Part shown: in pieces, positions 49,672-59,400 of the stretch
Numbering within the stretch: the first letter of the stretch is position 1
How the letters are laid out: every line of letters begins with the position of its first letter
Assembly (NCBI RefSeq): GCF_947568905.1
Contig: NC_079171.1
Span: forward strand, 60,574,001 to 60,638,000
Reading direction: 5' to 3'
DNA from: Ostrea edulis
Lineage: Eukaryota
Length of the DNA stretch: 64,000 nucleotides
The notes under the pieces: model-generated
What the model was told of the DNA's origin: nothing
Databases searched by the model: none
The model's input: only the letters and a program-made list of their open reading frames with translations
Made by a program: the position numbers and the translations under genes

Positions 49672-50155
49672 ATAGGTTGTGGTATTCGTCTGGGAAACCC
49701 GGGTTTGCTTCGACACTTAGACGTTTAACATTGGTGACTGTTCCATCGCCGAGCGCCCGCGAGTATTAGAAGTGATAGTCACAAGTCTATATAATACTGT
49801 AAATGGGGAAATTATTGCGGTGGTTTTAATTTCGCTATATTCGCCGTCGGGGATTTTCCCGCGAAATTAAAACAACCGCAATAATTTTGCAAGTGTGACA
49901 CAATACATTTTGTGCTTGTCATAAAATTTGAATTCCGCGAAAATAAAACCACTGCAATTAGACCAATATGAAAAATCCGCGAACTTTTAGCACCGCGAAA
50001 TTAAAATCATTTACAGTATGTCATTTAAATGGAGGTCTTGTGTTACGGAAGGCATTGTATCAAGATAAGGAACCCTCGCTGTTACGACCCTGAGGTAAAA
50101 ATATGGGATCTCTACATTGGGTAGACATTTCTCGAATACGAAACTAAAAGCCACA
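49672..50155 (+). mobile_element. tRNA-headed SINE interrupted by a MITE
   Basis: ggttgtggt...cgggtttgcttc head, ttccatcgccgagcgc body, resuming aaatggaggtcttgtgttacgg after the MITE. Confidence 0.65.
49795..50018. mobile_element. TA-flanked MITE (tactgtaaatg...catttacagta)
   Basis: Imperfect ~40-bp TIRs with gcggtg/ttcgc motifs; TA duplication. Confidence 0.8.
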
Positions 50156-50407
50156 AACAACGTTTTCGTCTGATCAACCGGCATCACGGCGGTATCTGCG
50201 CGTGACAGACATCGGCATCACGGCGGTATCTGCTCGTGACAGCACATTCTGTCCACGAGAAGAAAAAATATCTACATGAGAGATAGTTCAATACACTACA
50301 AACCAAGATAGGTGGCCTGATTGCGTGACATCACCTGTCCTGGCCGCACACAATGGGCATTTTATGAATGAAATTTCTTTCTCACACTTTATGACTCATC
50401 GAAGGTC

Positions 50408-53400
50408 ATGCGGAATCTCTCTCTGTTTTACATTGGATTTCTTTTGTTGCACAATGGTAAGGCGGATGTTGTACTGTATCATTGCTGTGATGACTATGAG
50501 TCTCCTTCACTTTCTCATTTGCAGAATTATGATTTATATTTTCGCGGGAGAATATGCACGATTAAAATATGTTTTAATAAAATCAAGTAATCTTAAAATA
50601 ATTCTGGGGAAAATATTATACTAGTTCCTTGGACCGAAACAGAATGAAAAAAAAAATGATGATCTAACCGGAACTTTCTAGTCTACAGTTGTAGGTTCCC
50701 AGTTTATACATAGTTATGCGTATGATTCGAAGATATTGCACAACTACAAATTATTGCTTGATCAAACTGGAACCATACAAAATAGTGGAACAGTTAAAAT
50801 ATGTTAAGGATGGTAGAGTTAATCCTGTGATAGTCGTTCAACAAAGAAATTGATATGAAGAGAGGGTGGTTTTGGGGATTTAGACGGGAAAGATTAAAGG
50901 TGTACTCGTGACCCTCGCTAGAGTGTAGTTCTACATTCTGAACTCACAGACAAGCTTAGCAAAATCTGGAGTAAAGTTTTCTTTAACAACCGGAGATAGA
51001 AGGACAAGAATAGGGAACAGAGCATGCGTAGTACTGTTTACATTCAGCCATTTATCTCCCAGGTTTCCTGTCTCTCTGTTTGTCTGTCTGTCTGTCGTTT
51101 TGTTTGTCTGTCTGTCTTTGTATATTTGTCGCGTTTTGTTTATCATCGTTTTGTCGGTTTGTTTGTCTCTTTGTTTGTCGGTTTGTCTTTGTCGGTTTAT
51201 TTGTCTCTTTGTTTGTCGGTTTGTTTGTCGGTTTGTCTTTGTCGGTTTGTTTGTCTCTTTGTCTGTCGGTTTGTCTTTGTCAGTTTGTTTGTCTCTTTGT
51301 TTGTCTCTTTGTCTGTCGGTTTGTTTGTCTCTTTGTTTGTCGGTTTGTCTTTGTCGGTTTATTTGTCTCTTTGTTTGTCGGTTTGTTTGTCGGTTGTTTG
51401 TCCGTCTCTTTCTTTGTCATTTGTTTGTCTTTCTGTTTCTTTGTCAACAACTTTGAATAATGTTTCCCATTTTTGCTCAACACAACTTCGAAACTTCAGA
51501 CTGATAAACTGAAAGGTTAAAGAGATGGAGCTTTTAGACTGCTTAGGGTGAAGGTCATCCATCGAGATTAATGGCGAATTACAACAGTTTAACTTGGCCA
51601 TGCAAAATAAGAAAAAGGTGTCTTTGTGTTGCATTTGCCAAATACGCATGTAAGGGTAGGGCCCCACAGCATACGTGTATCTATCCATGACGGTTATGGG
51701 ATTTTGACCCCACCGTTGGAATACCAAGGGGGTCCGTGTTTGCTCCGTTCTCGATGTTGTATTGTTTATTATAAGAGATTGGTAACTGTTCCTTATCTTA
51801 ACCCTTTTCAGTCACAATGCCTTCTGTATGAACCACCCTTCAAATCGCCGTGGTGGTCTAAAGGCATATAACGTTCGCCCCGCATGCAGAAGGACGGGGT
51901 TCGAATCTCGGTCGCAACATACCTAAGTCGTTAAAACAAGTAGTGAGTTCCACCGCTAAACGCTCGACATCAGGTGTGAATGCTAGAGAATACTCACTGC
52001 TCAATGGCCGTAAACGCCGGGCATAGGCCTAAATTTGAAGCCAAAAGCTCGACATCAGGTGTGAATGTCACGTGTCCTCGGAGATGACCCCAAAATCGGA
52101 TGTCCCGTGTCACGGTAGGTATGGCACGCTAAAGAACTCTCACTGCTTAATGGTCGTAAGCGCCGCGCATATGCCTAAATTTGAAGCCCTTTATCTTAAT
52201 TTGTGACGTCTCCTTATGAGTGAAAATTTTCGAGAGGAACGTTAAACCAGATACAATCAATCCATATGTTTTGAGATCCACCCATTGATCGCATTCGATC
52301 GATTAATTACTCTATGATTGAATAGCGGATCAATGCAATAGAATTCCAAATAAATGAGGGTGGTGCTGATCAGACTGGAATTCCACCTCCAGGGTCCCTG
52401 CTGACCAAATCATCAAAGTTATAAAACTTATTTCATATGACAAGCCTGTGGTTTTCTCCATTATTGACATACCTAATACAGAAGCCATCACATAGAAATA
52501 GATTGGCCTGTTCGTATATCTCTGGGATGGGTGATATGAGTTTAATAACAAGCTAAGTGTGACGGTACTTAGTACTGAGAGACCCGCACCACAAATCTTA
52601 TCTTGGTCTCTGAGTCCTTCGGTACAAATGGAAGTTCTATACGACCTCCGGAGACAGCGCTGCCGCACACCGTGTCCACTACAATATGATTCCCTAGTTA
52701 GCTACTCTTTTAAAAAAGAAAAAAAAGGCAACTTAATTTGGAAACAAGAAATCACAAAACGCAAATGCAATCGTGACATTTTCTTCGAATATCAAAGAAA
52801 ATATGCATGAGACATCACTATTTGGCTGACAGCGGAAGTTTAAAATCAATTGCAGGAAATTCTATTTCTTCTGCCTTTAGAGAAAAAATAATAGCCTAAT
52901 TAAGGGGACCTACTGACTCATCAACTCTTTGGGGTAAAAGGTCACCGTGGATATCCCTGATCTGTGCGCTTCATAGATTCCGAAGTTCATTAATTCCGAA
53001 GTGCAGAGATAATAATAAACCGGACCACATGGATAATATTATTGTGACGTGGGTGTGTGTGTTGTTGATTTCAGGCACGTGTGAAGGATTTTTGCTGTGT
53101 TCCATGACGTCACTTTATCCATTGTTTTGCTCACTACATTGTAACCATGGATACGTCAAAGACAGTTCCGGTTGCACTGTATGTAAATGCGCGGGTGAGT
53201 TGAATTTGATAATGCTGACATCACACAATTTAACAATAGGTAGACTAAAATGTTTGTATTTTCTTCGCTCATTCGAAATGGTATATTTCAGCTTGCATTT
53301 TTCAACTCCATTTTCCGGTCATGTTTAAGGAAAAATTCAAGATTTAGCTCCCAAACTTATAAAAGTCTCTGCATATTTATGTCAAACAACTTGATATATA

Positions 53401-56400
53401 CACAGAGGGTTACATACATTCACATAATACTTGTTTGAAAAATTCAATAACATCTATACCAGATTTGAAGAGGGTTTTTTCCAGTTTCGGCTTTCATTTT
53501 TACAAATTTCATGTTCTTGCCCCAAAACTCATTAACGTCTCCACGTAGAAATGTCAAACAACTTGATTTAAAATCAAGGGACTGTATATTTTCAAAAATA
53601 CTTGTTTGTAAAAATCCCTAGGGGGAGGGGTCCCCCCATTACCTTTACTAGCCCATGGTCTATATTTATCATATCAACCTATCTGTTTATCTACAGTTAC
53701 GTGCATGTATACATCGATTACATTATAAGCCACACAGGAAAATAATTCTGTAATAAATCTACAAAACACACCAATGTTGATAAATATCATCAAATAAATA
53801 TAACATATATTGCCAGAGTGTGTTCGAATTGGTTGAAGATATTTGTCGATGATCTGTTTATATCTCATTACTGTAATGTATACATCCTAATCACAACACA
53901 TTTCATTGCGCTCAGACAAATAGTACTTAATCTCATAGCGTGGTGTGCTTCACCCATCAGATAAATAACGGCTTTATCCAACACTTGTTTGTTGGATAAT
54001 GGTACTTCCGGTTGTTGCACGCACGTAAAACACTGCATGTATGAGAGGAAATATTTTGTTTTGCCTCCGACTAGAGTGATGTTCTGTGAACTCGTTATCT
54101 GTGATCGTAAGACGGAAAGTAACGAAATTTGGAAGGCAAAATGACATAAATTAGTAATACCATAAACTGGTATGATATTTGGGATCATATCATAAGGGCT
54201 GCGATAAAAGCTCTACTAATGTAGATATGTTCCATACCATCTGATACTTTGATCTTGCAGCAGGAGTGTCACAAGGATCCATCTTGTACCCTTGTTTTTC
54301 CATTGTACATGATTCCATTATGTTTCGAACATCATGAATTCCTCATTTGACTAATGATGTGACAAACAACCAGGGTTCACCATCTGTACGGGAACTTTCG
54401 ATATGTTTCGAATTAGAATGTGATGCTTATAAAATTCATATCAAACACAAGATGTATTGTCTTCTGGGTGCATATAAAATAAGTGAAATAACAATGATAA
54501 TTCTCAGTCTTTAAATTTCCAAGTTCCTGGTAATAGATTCCACGCACAAGTACTCTGAAGTTGAAATAAAAAATATGCTAGAGTTCCTCATTGACAATAT
54601 CTTCGTAGTCTTTGGTGATCAGGTCTTCCAACAATCTGTTGGAATTCCCATGGGCACGAATTGTGCTCCTTTGTTAGCTGACCTGTTTTTATATTCATAT
54701 GAAGCAAAATTTATTCAAAAACTTCTACGTGAGAAGAAAAAATCTCTCGCTGTGACCTTCAATTCGACATTTAGATATATCGATGACGTTTTGTCTATTA
54801 ACAATGATAGCTTTCATTCATATGTCGATTTGATATATCCCTGTGAGCTCGAAATAAAGGACACCACAGAGTCGTCCACTTCTGCTTCATACTTAGATAT
54901 TTTATTGAAAGTAGACATTAACGGCAAACTGACAACTCAACTGTATGACAAACGGGATGATTTCAGCTTCTCCATCGTCAATTTCCCACATTTATGTAGC
55001 AATATTCCATTATCACCTGCATATGGTGTTTATATATCTCAACTGATTCGATATGCAAGAGCTTGTTCTGGGTATAGTCAGTTTTAAATTGAGGTAAGCT
55101 ACTGACAAACAAGTTGATGGTACAGGGATTTCAACAGTCTCGATTGAAGTTAGCATTTCGCAAATTCTATGGTCGTTATAACGATCTAGTTCGTCAATAC
55201 AACCTCGCATTGGGTCAAATGCTGTCTGACGTGTTTCATACCGATTGTTAAGCCGTTCTTGGCACACTGATTTGACTGCGGATAAGTCCGTTTACCTGAT
55301 CAGGATATGGGGCTCATGGCGGGTGTGACCGGTCAACAGGGGATGCTTACTCCTCCTAGGCACCTGATCCCACCTCTGTTGTGTCCAGGGGTCCGTGTTT
55401 GCCCAACTATCTATTTTGTATTGCTTGTAGGAGTTATGAGATTGATCACTGTTCGTTATCTTCACCTTGCATTAGAAATATGTCCACCTAAAACTTCGCA
55501 GAGTTCATTTATAACTTACATTCCGCTGTTCGTTATATTTACCGTTGCAAATAATTATATTAGACCTATACGCTGACCTACTGGACAATAACCAGTGTAT
55601 ATAATTGGAAAATTTTTCGGTTGAGTGGTTGAAATTGCTGTGTAAAGAGATAAAAATGACCCTCTCCCACAATAAAAACAGACTGAATTATTTCCCCTTA
55701 TGCCCTGAGTACATTGTGAGTAATTTGGCTGATGACGATGTAGGACTATTTTACATCGCGGTGCCCTGAGTACATTGTGAGTAATTTGGCTGATGACGAT
55801 GTAGGACTATTTTTACATCGCGGTGCCCGGAGTACATTGTGAGTAATTTGGCTGATGACGATGTAGAACTATTTTACATCGCGGTGACCTACTTTTTGTA
55901 CCTGTCCTTGTTCTGATATGATCAGTCTAAATATGGAAACAAGGCCACAGTTTCGTACTACAAATACCACATACTATGTGTAATGTCCTTAAAATAGAGC
56001 ATCACTTTAGCAGTAATTAGTTCAGACGCTAGGGGGACTAGATGTTATCTTAAGGAAACAAGGACACAGTTTCGTACTATATGTATTACATACTGTATTT
56101 AATGTCCTTAAAATAGAGCATCATTTTAGCAGTAATTAACACAGCCGCTAGGAGGGACTGGATTTTTCTTAAGGTGGCATGGCGCACTGACATGACAAAT
56201 ATCCCTCATATATATGTCTTTTTTGTTAATTTGATTTACGCCACATACGAAAATCTCTCGCTCATATTGGAGCGTCTCATGTTTGAAATGAAGTACCACA
56301 CATTTTTACCCATGGCTCCATAGAAGCGAGAGTTCTTGGTGACAATACATACTGTGAATCACTGTTTCGTATCCCTATGATCAATGACGTAAGTGTATTT

Positions 56401-59400
56401 GGAGGCGCATTCTAAAAATGTTCTGAATATGCAAACTTTGCGCAGAGCAAATTGAAATCGATAATTTTTTTAACATTTGCATTTTAGATCCCACATTTAC
56501 ATTTTAGATCCCTCATTTACATTTTAGATCCCATATTTACATGTTGAATAATATATTTACATGTTAGATCATATATTTACATTTTAGATCTCATATTTAC
56601 ATTTTAGATCCCACATTTACATTTTAGATCCCTCATTTACATTTTAGATCCCATATTTACATTTTAAATCCTATATTTACTTGTTAGATCATATATTTAT
56701 ATGTTAGATCATATATTTACATTTTAGATCTCATATGTAATTTACATGTTAGATCATATATTTACATGTTAGATCATATATTTACATTTTAGATCTCATA
56801 TATCTACATTTTAGATCTCATATATAATTTACATGTTAGATCTCATATTTACATTTTAGATCCCTCATTTACATTTTAGATCCCATATTTACATTTTAAA
56901 TCCTATATTTACACGTTAGATCATATATTTACATTTTAAATCCTATATTCACTTGTTAGATCATATATTTATATGTTAGATCATATATTTACATTTTAGA
57001 TCTCATATATCTACATTTTAGATCTCATATATAATTTACATGTTAGATCTCATATTTACATTTTAGATCCCTCATTTACATTTTAGATCCCATATTTACA
57101 TTTTAAATCCTATATTTACACGTTAGATCCCATATTTACATTTTAAATCCTATATTTACTTGTTAGATCATATATTTATATGTTAGATCATATATTTACA
57201 TTTTAGATCTCATATGTAATTTACATGTTAGATCATATATTTACATGTTAGATCATATATTTACATTTTAGATCTCATATATCTACATTTTAGATCTCAT
57301 ATATAATTTACATGTTAGATCTCATATTTACATTTTAGATCCCTCATTTACATTTTAGATCCCATATTTACATTTTAAATCCTATATTTACACGTTAGAT
57401 CATATATTTACATTTTAGATCTCATATGTAATTTACATGTTAGATCATATATTTACATGTTAGATCATATATTTACATTTTAGATCTCATATATTTACAT
57501 TTTAGATCTCATATATAATTTACATGTTAGATCCCTCATTTACATTTTAGATCCCTCATTTACATTTTAGATCCCATATTTACATTTTAAATCCTATATT
57601 TACATGTTAGATCATATATTCATATGTTAGATCATATATTTACATTTTAGATCTCATATGTAATTTACATGTTAGATCATATATTTACATGTTAGATCAT
57701 ATATTTACATTTTAGATCTCATATATTTACATTTTAGATCTCATATATAATTTACATGTTAGATCTCATATTTACATTTTAGATCCCTCATTTACATTTT
57801 AGATCCCATATCTACATTTTAAATCCTATATTTACATGTTAGATCATCTATTTACATTTTAGATCTCATATATAATTTACATGTTAGATCATATATTTAC
57901 ATTTTAAATCTCATATTTACATTTTAGATCTCATATTTACATTTTAGATCCCTCATTTACATTTTAGATCCCATATTTACATTTTAAATCCTATATTTAC
58001 ATGTTAGATCATATATTTACATTTTAAATCTCATATTTAATTTTAGATCTCATATTTACATTTTAGATCCCACCGGAGCACCTCAGGCTCAGAATTCCCA
58101 CGTGAATCCCTTGTCGACCTCCAGCTACACACGTCCGTGTATGCCACAACAACAGTTCTGTTCCCTGAAGTGTCCGGAAGGATTTACGACTGGAAAGGGA
58201 GGATGTCAATTCTGTATCTGCTACCAAAGCAATGTTACTGGTATCGTGATTTTACTCAATACTAATGTGTCTCTGAAGTACCTGTGTCTCAGTCTACCAT
58301 CGTCTTAAAACCGCGCCTCTTCTCACTCTCGGAAATAACGTGTAAATACGGCCATATTTGAGTCGAATTGTTGATCGAAGCGTGAACCGTCATTGGTTCT
58401 AGCATTTACACGTCTTCCAGAATCAAAACATGAAGGTTTGCGAAGAGAAGCGGATGTAGACTATGCACAGAACGTAATCGCACAAAAGTTAGTTAAGTTT
58501 GACTGACACTTTATGCCTAGATATCACTAAATAGATGGAAGAACTTTAATTAAATGGTAATTAACTGTTAGTTCTTGTTAACTAACTTTCATCCAACTGA
58601 TAAAAACTTAAATGTAATTCAGGCTTCCGTGGAATGCCATCTACAATACAAACCCAAGAACGATAACTCTATTATCAGTACCATCTATTGTATTATGACA
58701 CTGTGCTAATCAAGTGCAATACATGCATGTACCAGACACTTCTGTGACAACGTACTATTTCGATGCTTTTTTTAAAAAAATGCAAAGCTGTTTATTTTCA
58801 AAGTAAAACAAATGAATTGTGCCCGATACTCCCTCCATTCTTTTATCTATTAATAGTAACATTAAACTGTAATAATGTAAGGCTGAAGTGACGCATTTAA
58901 ACACATGTTGTTAACCAGGTGCTTCCGCACGGTTAGGGAGTTTGAAGTTTGAATATTTTTGTTGTTGTTGCTTGTCAGGCATTTTACACAATGTGAAGTT
59001 AACTTATCGTCCGGTTAACTCCCGGTCCTTTGATGCTACTATAAACTTATCGTCCGGTTAACTCCCGGTCCTTTGATGCTACTATAAACTTATCGTCCGG
59101 TTAACTCCCGGTCCTTTGATGCTACTATAAACTTATCGTCCGGTTAACTCCCGGTCCTTTGATGCTACTATAAACTTATCGTCCGGTTAACTCCCGGTTC
59201 TTTGATGCTACTATAAACTTATCGTCCGGTTAACTCCCGGTCCTTTGATGCTACTATAAACTTATCGTCCGGTTAACTCCCGGTCCTTTGATGCTACTAT
59301 AAACTTATCGTCCGGTTAACTCCCGGTCCTTTGATGGTACTATAAACTTATCGTCCGGTTAACTCCCGGTCCTTTGATGCTACTATTTGCGTATTCCTAA

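Noticed and set aside
51024-51512. Long Leu/Val/Phe/Cys-rich ORFs that look membrane-spanning
   Set aside because: Simple-repeat translations
51846-51925. tRNA-Ala gene
   Set aside because: Acceptor stem is not formed and the sequence continues into a SINE body; it is a SINE head
53029-53074. Alternative in-frame start MDNIIVTWVCVLLIS for gene B
   Set aside because: Overlaps the intron pyrimidine tract; exon 50408-50456 provides a signal peptide with a canonical phase-1 donor. Not excluded as a minor isoform
55080-55100. In-frame TGA in the PLE as selenocysteine
   Set aside because: It falls next to a frameshift at a position reading N-x-G-K where CGA (Arg) is the simpler ancestor (CpG decay), not a Cys position
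55699-55888. Tandem hammerhead ribozymes (CTGATGA followed by a stem)
   Set aside because: The stem is followed by CGGT, not GAAA, and no stem I/III with an NUH site could be built
59001-59386. CRISPR-like array
   Set aside because: Eukaryotic context, contiguous identical units with no unique spacers, no cas genes
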